DNA of 64,000 nt from Octopus bimaculoides (Eukaryota). Below are positions 1-11,640 of the stretch, piece by piece. The translations under genes and the position numbers were made by a program. How positions within the stretch are numbered: the stretch's first letter is position 1; each line of letters begins with the position of its first letter. Below the pieces are notes generated by a model, which was not told where the DNA came from, did no database searches, and worked only from the letters and a program-made list of their open reading frames with translations. The stretch spans positions 17,069,944 to 17,133,943 of the forward strand of contig NC_068984.1 in NCBI RefSeq assembly GCF_001194135.2, read 5' to 3'.

Positions 1-194
1 TTACTCTAAATTCCACTAAATTCTAGATTAATTTTAAATTCAACTGTGTGTGTGTGTGCGTCTGTGATGTTTATTTTTAAAGAAATTAATGTAAATGGTG
101 AATTGTTTTAGGATAAACTTAACTTTAGTACATAATACTTTTGATTTATAACTTATCAAACTGAATTTTTGAAAGAGAATTATCTTATTCTCAC

Positions 195-407
195 CGTTCA
201 ATTAAAAGATCCAACAGCGTTTGTGGTGTACAGAAGGATCTATAGGTTGTGAGGAATGTTGGTACAAATTTGGGATCAGCATACATATGGTAGGTGAGTC
301 GTTCAACAAGTTTAAGGAGAGTTCCCCCTTTAATTAATGGACTCTCTCCACTTGCTTCTTGGTTCTCTTCAAACACAATGTTGTCACTAGAGTCTTCTAC
401 AGCAAAC
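195..407 (-). CDS. Sos: SOS exon, REM domain start ([14 protein letters not shown]...TFLTTYRSF...LLIER, phase 2/2)
   Basis: Matches SOS1 [30 protein letters not shown]; ttttag|G, CG|gtgaga; 213 nt. Confidence 0.98.
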
Positions 408-589
408 CTAAAATAAAAAAGTTGAAAAAAAAAAAAATGAAAACAGTGGAAAAATGAATAGAAAAGGGAAGCTTTATTTACTTTTACTGTTTTTATGTCA
501 AATTTTCCATGTTAAAATTGTTGGCAGGAATTTCCGCAAACTCAGATATTTGCATATTATTTATTTTTTTAATCTTTTATCTTTCATTT

Positions 590-765
590 GCTGCAGTCAT
601 CAGGCTGTGGTTATGCTGGAGCATTGCCATGAAGAACTTTAGTTGAATGAACTGACTCCAGTAGTTATAAATTTTTTATAAAGCCTGGTATTTATTCCAT
701 TGGTCCTTTTTGTTGAAGCACTAAGTCAAGGGGACGTAAACACATATACAAAGACACACACAAAC
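590..765 (-). mobile_element. SINE family A (window-internal label), decayed 3' part
   Basis: Shares the ...gctccagcatggcc / gtaacttagcggttcggcaaaagagacc body with the near-intact copy at 28839. Confidence 0.6.
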
Positions 766-937
766 ATATAATATCTTATTGGTGATCATTTATGAAATAA
801 AATTGAGAATTTAAATCCTCAAATGGTGTAACAATTCCAAAACTGGAAACATCTGAACTAAAAAAAGAACTTATTGCAGTGAGAATCTGGTTAGTGTCAA
901 AAAAAGAAAAAAAAGAAAGAAAAAGAGTAGTACTCAC

Positions 938-1021
938 TTATATATTAATGGTGGGGGTAACTGCAGTGGATGCTCTTTCTCTTCTTCCTTCAATATATTG
1001 TCTAATGTTCGTTCCAACATA
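938..1021 (-). CDS. Sos: SOS exon, helical linker (SMLERTLDNILKEEEKEHPLQLPPPLIYK, phase 2/2)
   Basis: Matches SOS1 [23 protein letters not shown]; ttttccag|T, AA|gtgagt; 84 nt. Confidence 0.95.
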   Translation of the reverse strand, partial: YVGTNIRQYIEGRRERASTAVTPTINI

Positions 1022-2259
1022 CTGGAAAATAAACCAAATATTGATAATAATAGCCTAACCTTGATTTTTAGCTGAAGCATGGAAAATATTTGTTTTGATA
1101 TATCAGCAGCAATGAAATATAGAAATGTTACGAAAAGTTAAATTGTGTACCAAATTTTAGAGCAGTCATGGTCAAACTGCAGCCTGCAGAGCTTCTTGAA
1201 TGGTGCACCTAATGAAAAACTGCCTTGAATTTTTTCTAATAGTGCAACCTGTGCCTGTTTTAGAGTATCTGTAACCTTGAATCTCCATTTTTTTAAAAAT
1301 CTCTTTTGCAATCTCTGCTGTTCTGACTGTTTAATGCATCCAGTTAAATAACATGCATGTCTTACTCCATTTCATCAATCTCATTATATATAACTATCCA
1401 AACTATTTTTTCTTATTCTTTTCTAGAAAAGATTAAAAGAGGGGACAGAGGGCAGATATATATATAATTCGAGTAATGAAAGAATAACTACTGTCATGAA
1501 GTAGAGAAAAGTGAAAACATTGAAAGAGTCATAAAGAATAAGGGTGCGTAGGCACGTCGGGAGTGGGGGTTGGTGAATTTTAGAAACCAGGGAATATGTA
1601 ACATGAACTTTAAAAAATAAAGTACAGAGGTTAGTCAATATTTGTACAAGAAAAGACAACACTAATCTAGCATTCAGTGTGTATGAGTGATGTCTGTTAA
1701 AAATATTGATTTGTTTAATAAGGAATACTCAAGGCAGTTGTTAAAAAACCTCTGCAACTCTTTTGAAAAAATTCACCATGTCTTTATAATAGCTTGAGCT
1801 TAACAAATATAACAATTAACTATTTAGTATGCCACTTTGATGCACTAAGTAACCTGTCAATGAATACAGGCTTCAAAATGGTCTTAATGTTATCAGAAAT
1901 TAAAATTGTCAAGTAGTAAACATTGTGGAAAGTAATGATAGCTCATTGGAGATGGTAATCATATTATGGCAGAAAGACAAGAACAAACGAGCTAACTTTG
2001 TGTAAAAGTAAAATGAATGAGTTGAAAAACACAATGCAGCAAACAAGGGCAGTAACTACGAAAGATTTGAGCTATAATAATAGACAATATTTCACTGGTG
2101 AAAATATGACTCAAGTTGCTGTATGGGAGTAGATAAAGCAGAGGCAGAATCAAGGAAAGAAGTGATCGATCGAGACCTAACGTGGTGAATGTGCACATCA
2201 ATCCATTCAATAAAGAAAAATGATGTAAAATTTGTAACAAACAGAAAAACCACACTCAC

Positions 2260-2377
2260 CTCCTTGTTTGTAGAGAAATTAATGCAGCCATCCAAGTGTT
2301 CTTTTCGTCTATAGATTTACACAGCATAATTATACTTGGATGGTCTCGGATCTGAATTTCAAATGCATGCTTATACT
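2260..2377 (-). CDS. Sos: SOS exon, PH end ([12 protein letters not shown]...[15 protein letters not shown], phase 1/2)
   Basis: Matches SOS1 EYKHAFEI...[15 protein letters not shown]; tttttcag|AG, AG|gtgagt; 118 nt. Confidence 0.97.
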
Positions 2378-2424
2378 CTGAAAAATGAAAAAAGATATGA
2401 TGGTGATATGTCTATATGTATGTA

Positions 2425-2467
<43 letters not shown>

Positions 2468-3010
2468 ACACACGCACACACACATGCACAAAACCCATGC
2501 AACCATGGATAAATGGATTTAAAATATATGAATATATATATATTTTTATATGTGTGTATGTGTGTGTATGAAAGTGATTATGTAACTGCTGTTCTTTTGT
2601 CAGTCATTAAATTATATTCTGCTCTGCAAACATCTGATGTTTTACTTAAAAGCATAAATATATGAGTTCTAACAACTGGTTGTTAGTATCATTATGTTTA
2701 AGCAAAATCATAAAATTTATACATTATGCTTTTAAGACTAGCAGGGCAACCCTGTGAGGTTGCTACCACCCAGCTTCTTTTAAAAGTATAATAAACAGGT
2801 ACACCAATAAAAGGTATTGAGTAATTCTTTAGGTTAATGTTAATTTTGTTTTTCTTTTCTTATAACTTGACATACGAACAAACACTAATATACATACATG
2901 AAAAGATGTAGAAGCATATTTTGAAAACAAACCTCAAAATGAAATTAAAGAAATATCTATAAATCCATGTAATTTAATTAAAAGCTACCAATATAGAGTC
3001 ATTCTTTTAC

Positions 3011-3199
3011 CTTCAGTATCTTCTTTGTCCACCACTTCTATCTTCCGTAAATAATGTTTCTCTTTGAGTTTGTATTCTGGTGCAGGTCCCATTGTTGAAG
3101 ACCGTCGAAGATTTTGCTTACATAATACCAGCAAACCATCAAAGAGGAACACATACCGTTCTGTAGGACGCCGGCCAGTATATTTAAGTAATATTCCCT
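3011..3199 (-). CDS. Sos: SOS exon, PH domain (EGILLK...ERYVFLFDGL...EYKLKEK...KEDTE, phase 1/1)
   Basis: Matches SOS1 ERHIFLFDGL...EYRLKEKFFMRKV; cttttatag|AG, G|gtaaaa; 189 nt. Confidence 0.97.
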
Positions 3200-3693
3200 C
3201 TATAAAAGAATGAAAAAGCATTAAAAATGTTTGTCAAGAAAACTCCGCTTCATTTTACAAATTAATAATATCCAACAAAATTCTAGAATCTATCAACAGC
3301 TTAGATATAAGGATTTTGAGCTTAAGTAATTAACAATTAGTCTAAATACTACCCTATGAAGGTAAATTAACTAGAACATTAAATTATTCACAAGATTTTA
3401 TTTCCACTTTTGGTAGGTAATTTCCTTCATGAAGATACTAATTTTGTAATTACGGTCAACATTGCCTTAACTCCAATATCTTCCATGCTTAAATATTTAT
3501 ATATTCTTTATTATATGAGATAATTTTTTCCCTTTCTCTTTGAAATATTTAGTATAATTCATTTTTGCTGTTTGTAACATTTTGATTGCTTGCAGTTTGA
3601 TAAAAGCTTAATTAGAGGAAGTAGAATAAACACATTTTAATTGGGAGCTTGCATGTGTGAAAGCAATTCAGAAGAATATTTTTGAATACATAC

Positions 3694-3824
3694 CCATAAT
3701 AAATTCATTGCAACTTTGCCAAATGTCCTTGCCTTCCCAACCATCAATACTTTTCTGAAGTTCATTCATTTTGGCCAATGCTGCCTGTCGTCCACTTTGA
3801 CCTTGTAATCGTAATGAGGTTTCC
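3694..3824 (-). CDS. Sos: SOS exon, DH-PH linker (...[26 protein letters not shown], phase 2/1)
   Basis: Matches SOS1 [27 protein letters not shown]; tttttag|G, G|gtatgt; 131 nt. Confidence 0.97.
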
Positions 3825-3860
3825 CTAAAAATAACGAAAATAACAAAAAACATCCATGAA

Positions 3861-4040
3861 ACATTGTTCTGAACTAATCATGCATTATCTCATAGCTCTG
3901 AGATTTTGATGATGTGATTGTTCATTTTTTTAGAATGGCACTGTAAGATAGGAGTGAGAGGCCAGATTGGGTTGGTTTCAACTTAAGACAGATAGAATAT
4001 TTGGGCTGGATATGGCCAGTTTAAATGCTAAAGAGTTTAA
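3861..4040. mobile_element. piggyBac-type MITE, partial (family D)
   Basis: Body matches 25255 and 60751 copies; ends aatgctaaagag-tttaa. Confidence 0.6.
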
Positions 4041-4369
4041 TGCAGGAGTTAAAGTTTCACTAAGTTTGAAAATATTGATATTTAAATATATTCCAACAGA
4101 TTCAACTCCTCAGTTAGGAAGAATGTGATGAATCTTGACAGAATGCTTCTTTGGGGAACAGAGTCACCCTCTGTTGCAAGTATTCAAACTAGGTCTCTTC
4201 TCTAAGGATAACTCATGGTAATTTCCCCCCTCTCTTTTCTTCCACGGCATCTCTTCCTCTGCCAAAGTGATTAAAAAAATTTTAATAACCTAAAATTATT
4301 TATACTTTTACTTGTCTTTAATCACAAAATTACATCTAAAATAGTGACGGTATTGCTTAATAAACACCA

Positions 4370-4560
4370 TCATCATTTAACATCCACTTTCCATGCTAGC
4401 ATGGGTTGGACTAACAGGTGCTGACAAGTCAGAAGACTACGCCAAGTTCTACGATCTGCTTTGGCATGGTTTCTTTGGCTGGATACCCTTCCTAACACCA
4501 GCCATTTTACAGGATGTAGTGGATGCTTTTTTGCTTTTTAAGTGGCACCAACACTTCAGA
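4370..4560 (-). mobile_element. RTE-associated repeat family C (LINE 3' UTR or RTE-mobilised SINE)
   Basis: (CAT)n tttaacatccactttccatgc...ggataccyttcctaacaccagcca motif repeated about 20 times in the window. Confidence 0.7.
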
Positions 4561-5345
4561 TAAATAATCAAATTATTAAAAAAAATCCAACTAAAATAAT
4601 TTACATAATCTTCAAAGAGACGCAGATAAATTCATTGACTACTAGTTTAAAAGAATTTGAATGAATGCTGCCACCAGTTCTATTCCCGGTCAATAAGAAT
4701 GGATTCCTTGAATAAAAGGAAACGTGTAAGAAATATTGATAATTAGTTGTAAAGCTAGGAAATGGTATTTTAACAACTTCAAGAATCCAACAAAAGAGTT
4801 TCCCAATTAGACACATAGCAGCAGCCCTCAAACACATTAAACAAATGTCATAAGTTTTGTGATGAGAGGTTATGAATCCTAAATCATAGAAAATATAACC
4901 AGCATAGACTAAGGAAACAGTCCTTTTGTACTACATGTACCAGATTGCAATAGTCTAAGTAAAAGAAATTATTATTTGTTGAAAGAAGCAGTTATAAAGA
5001 TAAATCATAAGTGACAGTCTGAATTTGCAGACCCATCAATAAGTATACAAATAATGCCTTAAATAAACTGTCTGTTGTGCCAATTAGTTCAGCTCTTTAT
5101 GATCAAAATCAGCTGTTAATGAGTAAATCAAATCCACTTCTAACAACTCCCATGGAGTGGTTGAACTCAACACTGCATGTCAATTAAAAATGAATTCCTT
5201 CAATTGTTACTGTTTCTGATAAAAATCGAACCACTCCAGCCATTAGTACCATTTGTAACTCACAGCCGCATTGGGCCACTGAGAGTTAAGTGTCTTGTTA
5301 CAGACAATGTAAACATTGTATTAAGAGTTATAGAAAAATACTCAC

Positions 5346-5473
5346 CATGGCCGTCGTTTGCCAAGATTATTTCCAAACTTCTTTTCTACAGATGTTTTTA
5401 AATTAACCATTAAACCAATTGCTTGTCCCAAAAATTCTTTATCTTCATCATTAGGGCTTGTGTCTTGCATCAT
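5346..5473 (-). CDS. Sos: SOS exon, DH end (MMQDTSPNDEDKEFLGQAIG...LGKRRP, phase 0/2)
   Basis: Matches SOS1 SEDQEDKECLKQAI...LAKRRLS; cttctag|ATG, TG|gtgagt; 128 nt. Confidence 0.93.
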
Positions 5474-5659
5474 CTAGAAGCAGTAAATTGAACCAATATT
5501 AAAGCAAATTTAAACAAAACTCCTGGATCTGCTTTTCCTGTATTATCAACTAAAGTTACGTTTTAATATTTGAATACATTAACTCTGAAAACTATTTTGG
5601 TTTTTCTACGAGATTGCAACCAGACTAACAGTTTAGCTTATAGAAGCTGATAATGGTCA

Positions 5660-5948
5660 GTCAGCTTCGAAATGTTATTGATCCCCCCAGGACTTATTCT
5701 TTGTAAGCCTAATACTTATTCTATCAATCTCTTTTGCCAGACTGCTAACTTACAGGGATGTAAACACAATCAGTTGTCAAGTGATGGTGTGGGGGACAAA
5801 CACAGACACACAAACATATATATATATATATATATATACACATCAGGCTTCTTTCAGTTTCTATCCCACTGCCTAAGGTGCCACGCAGTGAGACTGAACC
5901 CAGAATCATGTGGTTGGTAAGCAAAGTACTTACCACACAGCCACTCCT
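5660..5948 (-). mobile_element. SINE family A with central (TA)n
   Basis: Reverse complement of ggagtggctgtgtggtaag...ggttcagtc tRNA-like head plus family body. Confidence 0.75.
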
Positions 5949-6048
5949 ATTATTATTTTAACAAATATAGCTCCACAAATGAATTAGGCATCAACACAAT
6001 CTACTACTATAATTCTATGTTAAATATACAGTAGTCAACTCTAATATC

Positions 6049-6378
6049 TGAAGGCACATGGCACAATAGTTAGAGCATTGGGCTCATAATCACAACGTAG
6101 TGAGTTTGATTCCCAGATCAGGCTATGTTCTTGAGCAAGACACTTCATTTCACACTGCTCCAGTTCACTCAGCTGTGGACATGAGTTGCAATGTCACTGG
6201 TGCCAAACTATCAGCTTTTGCCTTTTCCTTGGTTAACATCAGTGGTGTGAAGAGGGGAGGCTGGTATGCATGGGCAACTGCTAGCCTTCCATAAACAACG
6301 TTGCCCAGACTTGTGCCTCAGAGGGGAACTTTCTAGGTGCAATCCCATGGTCATTAATGACTGAAGGGGGTCTTTACT
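6049..6378 (+). mobile_element. tRNA-derived SINE family F
   Basis: tRNA-like head followed by gagcaagacact...gctccagttcactcagctgt; homologous to 57677 copy. Confidence 0.75.
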
Positions 6379-7247
6379 CTAGAGTATTAATACAGTAGTA
6401 ATACAGCTTACATATATAGTATAGTAATGTTTAACATAATATAGTACAGAAGTGTTTAATATAATATGGTAAATTTATGATTTTTTTTACATGTAAACTA
6501 CTAGTATTATCAATAAAATATTTTTAGTATAACTAAATATGTTGATAGAGATATAAGTAAATTTATGAGTTTTTTTTTTTCTTTTTTACAATGAAGTTTG
6601 TCTGTTCCTTTTAATCTCTTTGAGAGTAACCTGCCTGAGCAGCCCTTGGTTCTATGATACAAAGATCTTGTTTTAAAGTGACCTAAATGAAACTCTTTCT
6701 TCAAAATTTCACATTAATTTATGTTCCAAAAGCCAGTTTAATTAGTAATGACGAAGTTATTTCACTAAATTCTTCATTATTTTTAAAATTAATTGAAACA
6801 AAACAAGTGTATTTGAACAAAAATATGGTAACAAAAGGATTGTAGTCTATTCTAGTTTTGTTGTTCACTAAATACTTCATGAAATAAATCTAACTTTAAA
6901 ATATTTTGTCACTTTCTGCCAACAAAGTGAATCATTTATAATAGTGGTGCTGTTTCAGTTTCCAATACCTCAGCTTGATTAAATTCAGTCATTACGTTAA
7001 TGTTATTTTATTCATTAACATTAACCAATTAATTATCAGAACTTTTCTTGCGATTTTCTTCACAGAAAGTATAGAAATACCTACCCATGTACTTTTTTTT
7101 TTCAATTTAGTAGATATTTCTAACCTTTTAGCTATGATATATTTTAGAATATTTTGGAGAACAACTTGAATATCAAATGGTAAATATCAGTAAACTACAA
7201 GAATTCTTTTTACAAACTCAACAACTATGAAAAAAAAATTCACTCAC

Positions 7248-7346
7248 CTTCATAACATCAAAATAATGCAGCAAGTGATAAATTGGTCCAAGCAGCAGTT
7301 TTGGAAGTACATATTTGACAGCATCTTTGAAATTGTAAGTGTAAGT
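7248..7346 (-). CDS. Sos: SOS exon, DH domain ([33 protein letters not shown], phase 0/0)
   Basis: Matches SOS1 [28 protein letters not shown]; ctttgtag|ACT, AAG|gtgagt; 99 nt. Confidence 0.97.
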
Positions 7347-7436
7347 CTACAAAGTTAAAAAAAAAAAAGTTAATATGTTTTTATATTTTATCTTCCAGAC
7401 TAACAGAGTTGCAAACTAGAAATCTTGTTTATTATT

Positions 7437-7765
7437 TAGTTGTGCCAGGGGCACGTAAAAAGCACCATTCGAGCGTGGTCATTACCAGTGCTGCCTGGCT
7501 GGTTCCCATGCTGGTAGCACGTAAAAAACACCATTCAAGCGTGGTCAATGCCAGTACCACCTGACGGGCCCTCGTGCTGGTGGCATGTAAAAAAACACCC
7601 ATTACACTCTCAGAGTGGTTGGCATTAGGAAGGACATCCAGCTGTAGAAACTTTGCCAAATCGAGTCTGGTGTAGCCTTCTAGCTTCCCAACCCTCAGTC
7701 AAACTGTCCAAACCATGCCAGCATGGAAAGCGGACGTTAAACGATGATGATGATGCTGATGATGT
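7437..7765 (+). mobile_element. Family C copy filling most of the 439-bp intron 7347-7785
   Basis: Three gtaaaaagcacc modules then ggcattaggaaggacatccagctgtagaaa and (GAT)n tail. Confidence 0.8.
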
Positions 7766-7785
7766 TAGAAATGTTAAGGACTCAC

Positions 7786-7893
7786 ATGATAGTCTATAGT
7801 TTCTGTCAACTGCAAAAGTGTATCATGAAGCTCTTTTCCAACAGATGAAACCATGTCTGACATATACTTTTCATAAACAAAGAATTCTTCTTC
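7786..7893 (-). CDS. Sos: SOS exon, DH domain (EEEFFVYEKYMSDM...ETIDYH, phase 0/0)
   Basis: Positionally matches ELAFDPYESYARD...LYLQ; atttcag|GAA, CAT|gtgagt; 108 nt. Confidence 0.9.
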
Positions 7894-8094
7894 CTGAAAT
7901 ATAAATAAAAATGTACTTGTATAAAAACATACATACATGCAAACAAACATACAGACGTGTGTGTCTGTGTTAACACACACACATACATAAGTTGGTATAT
8001 GGATATATAATGTTATAGTGATTGCAAAGATAGCATATATCCAGGGAAACAAAATTCTTCAATAAAACATGCATATATAGTCTTCTGCATGTGA

Positions 8095-8975
8095 CAGTCA
8101 CTGGACTGCAGCCAAGCTGGAGCACTGCTTTGATGGGTTTAGTCAATCAGATCAAACCTAGTACTTATTTTTAAATCTGATACTTATTCTATCTTTCTCT
8201 TTTTGCCAAACTGCTAAGTTACAGTGATGTAAACAAATCAACATCAGCAGTCAAGCAATGAGAGACAAACACAAATGCACACACACGCCCATAACTATTT
8301 CCATATATTTTGGAGACATATTTGCCCGGTATGCGATTTGATCTGAGACCATGTGTTGATATTCAAAACAATTACAGACACATATTAGCCATTCAAAAAC
8401 ACACAATGACTTAATTAACTTCATTTAAACATTTGGTATAAAATTCATCACACAAACTTTGACTGGGTCACTGACACAGCTGCACACTATGCGTGTGTGT
8501 GTGTGTGTGTGTGAGAAGGCATGCGGTCTAGTGGTTAGAGTATTGCACTCATGATCGCTAGATCATGGGTTCCATTGTCACACTGGGCAGTGCGTTGTGT
8601 TCTTGAGCAAAACGCTTCATTTCATGTTGTTCCAGTCAACTCAGCTGTAAATAGGTAACCATGAATGGAATAACCTTCTGATCGGCAGTGTGTATGCCTG
8701 CTCGCTTCACCAGTGACATGGTGTCAGTTGAAAGCTAAAACAACAAAGTGCACCGTGACTAGTAATGTATAACAACACCAAAGAGTTTGGTTGATACCAT
8801 GACATATACACACACACATGATGAGATTTCTTCAATTTCTATCAAATTCCCTTACAAGGCATGGGTCTGTCTGACATTATAAGAGAGGACACTTGCCCAA
8901 GGTACCATGTAGTAAGACTGAATCTGAAACCTTTTGGTTGCAAAGTGAACTTCTTAACCACAGAGCCATGTCTGC
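8095..8975. mobile_element. SINE cluster: family A (-) about 8095-8370, family F (+) about 8516-8810, family A (-) about 8860-8975
   Basis: Family motifs as above, separated by a (TG)n tract. Confidence 0.65.
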
Positions 8976-8988
8976 ATTTATATATATA

Positions 8989-9187
8989 TAAAGAATAAAA
9001 AGTTTTCAATGGTACAACAATGCACTATAATTCCTTCTTCAGATATTCTTAGATGGAGTCGACTCCATCTAAGAATATCTGAAGAAAGAATTGTATTCCG
9101 AAATATCACATAAATTACAACAGGTATATAGTCCTTTTTTTTGTATTATAGTGCATTGTTGTATCATTCAAAACTTTTTATTCTTTA
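8989..9187. repeat. Nested inverted repeat: 52-bp perfect palindrome (9035-9086) inside 43-bp inverted arms
   Basis: ttcttcagatattcttagatggagtc|gactccatctaagaatatctgaagaa; outer arms 8989-9031 and 9145-9187 differ at 2 positions. Confidence 0.92.
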
Positions 9188-9568
9188 CAAACAATACACA
9201 ATGCTTCAAGCGAACTACAATACTCTCCTCTATATATATATAATCAGGAGAAAATACAAAATTTCAAACAGCGGGTATTTTACTCAATTATCTGTATTTA
9301 TTTGAAATACAAATTTTAGGATTTTTCTTGTTTAAATTCCGGAAGTTTGTTTACAGAAAAGTGCTTCAAAATATTGAGGAGTTAAAACTAATTTTTTAAA
9401 AATATCATTCTCGCCAAAGTAATCAATTTAATAGACACCTTGAAACTAATCCCTTATACCTCTAAAAGTTTTATAAATTTTTTTTTCATAAAATGCAGTT
9501 ATATAAATGCAAAAAAAAAAAAAAAAATGAATAAAATTAAATTAAAACATTATATATGTATTCCTTAC

Positions 9569-9709
9569 TTCAGCCATTTCTACAAATGGTATTCCTGCTG
9601 TTGGTGCTTCATTTTCTTCGGCTATTTCCATTTGGTCTTCAATTGAACTAAGTAGGTTAGCGCTGCATTCCATTATATCTTTTATATTACTAAACAATAC
9701 TTCCATTTT
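9569..9709 (-). CDS. Sos: SOS exon, DH domain (KMEVLFSNIKDI...SIEDQMEIAEE...FVEMAE, phase 0/0)
   Basis: Matches SOS1 DVENIFSRIVDI...IEDTVEMTDE...CFEDLAE; tttcatag|AAA, GAA|gtaagg; 141 nt. Confidence 0.94.
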
Positions 9710-10412
9710 CTATGAAATAAAACGAAAATACATAAATATATATATATACATATATATAATAATTAATTTGCATTATTCAAAGACAAATGTATCACTTTTA
9801 ACAATTATTTTGTCAAAATTTAAGACACCAAAGATTGAGAACATACTTAAACATTTTTTAGAGCAAATAATTATTAAAAGTTCATGTCTTTTGACAAAAT
9901 ATTTTTGAAATTGTGTATGTCTAAATGCATTTTGTGTCAAAATATTGAAATATTATTATATATATATATATTACAGCTTTGTTTTGATTTACTGCTGTAG
10001 AAAGGAAAATATTGCAAAGCTACAATTTTCTGACAAATTCCATTGGTTTGATCGTTATGTTAAAAAAACACTTAATCCAAACAATATTTGGAATTTGAAA
10101 ATTTTATCTAATTATACCTAAAAAAATTGCAGAAAACTGAAGCATATTTATTTGTATATTTCAAACATAATTAGTGTCATTATTGAATGGAACTTAATGG
10201 ATATGCCCAAGTTCTTGGCACATGGCATGAGAATCATTCAGATGGTTCAGTTAGTTATTTCTTAGTGGCTGCCAAACTAATGCCAATATGCAATTTATCT
10301 CAGTCTCACTATTCTGTGAAATTAAAACAACTATATATATATTATTTGGTAAATAGATTTTTTTTAAACGTTCATACTGTGTTGGTGCATTAGTAAAATA
10401 AATACCTCTTAC

Positions 10413-10610
10413 TTTTGCCTGAAGAACCTTTTCAAATGGTGCAGCAAATACTTTTATGATCATGTTTAAATCTCGAAGATACTGGTTCTCTTCAAGGATA
10501 AAATCTTTAACAATCTCTTCATAAGACAATGAATCTCGTCGAACTGGCTCTTCTTCAAGCATTAACGATGGGTTATCATCATCATCAGGAAAGAAAAGGT
10601 TCATGAGACC
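10413..10610 (-). CDS. Sos: SOS exon, histone-DH linker and DH start (GLMNLFF...YLRDLNMIIKVFAAPFEKVLQAK, phase 0/0)
   Basis: QYLRDLNMIIKVF matches SOS1 QYIRELNLIIKVF; tttatag|GGT, AAA|gtaaga; 198 nt. Confidence 0.95.
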
Positions 10611-11229
10611 CTATAAAATATATCACAAAAGAATGACTTATAAAAATCTTACAAGAAAAAGCAGTACAAAACGAAGTCCAATTAAGCAAAGACTAGATTT
10701 TTCTAGTCAATAGACATTTTTGTCTGTTGTGGGTGTAGGGTTGGAGAAAGGGGATGTACCCATGGTTTGCAGGCCCTTCAAGACAAGTTGGGTTGATGTT
10801 GTTAACGTTTCAAGTTGGTGGGTGTAGAAAAGAAGATGTATGCAGTTATCTGAAGTTCTGAAGAATAGGACCTGAGGTGGGATCAGGGGGGGGGGGGTAA
10901 TAAAATGGGTGACAAGAGGAGTAAAGATGAGTGGATTTGAGAGTGCTCTGAGGGGCAGAAGCCACTGTAGTAACAGTAGAGATGGGAGAGAAATAGGAAG
11001 GCAGCAAGCTTATGGGCCAGAGATTGGGTATGTTACCAGCCAGTTGTGTAACCTTTCTTTTGATGTGTGACAGCAATATAATTTCATATGCAGGAGCAGT
11101 ACTCTGTTGTGGGTACCATTTGAATTGTGTAGAGAATAATCTCACACCTTGCGTCATCAACACAATCACCATCAGTTTATGTTCCCTTTTCCATACTGGC
11201 AAGGAGTGGATGGTTCAACAAAAACCAAT

Positions 11230-11640
11230 GAATCAGAGGACTGCACTGAACCCCAATGCCTGCTTTGGCATGGTTTCTCTGGCTGGATGCCCTTCTTAAC
11301 ATCATCCACTTTACATAGTGTACTGAGTGCTTTTTCGTGGCACCAGCACTGGTGAGGTCACCAGATAACTTGCAAGAGAAGCTCAGCTCCCCTGAGTGGG
11401 GTATGGTATTGATGGACATGGAAGTATGATAGAGGGACAGTAATGGGCATCTTGCTGAAGAGGTGAATACAAAGCTTTCTCAACTGGAGAGAGAGAGAGA
11501 GAGATGGTGAGGCCATATCCTCAAGGTACAAGGTGAATATGAGAGAGAGAGAATAGGGATTGAGGAACAGAAGAAATGGGTGGGTAAGTAAGTGTACTAG
11601 AGTGTGAAAAGAGCAACAGATGATTGGAAAAGGGCACTGA
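11230..11640 (-). mobile_element. Family C copy with purine-rich upstream part
   Basis: ggctggatgcccttcttaacatcatccact motif; shared upstream segment also seen at 18290, 27830, 43240. Confidence 0.6.

Noticed and set aside
10700-11200. Possible LINE endonuclease remnant (YYPPP)
   Set aside because: Catalytic motifs not recoverable; left unannotated.
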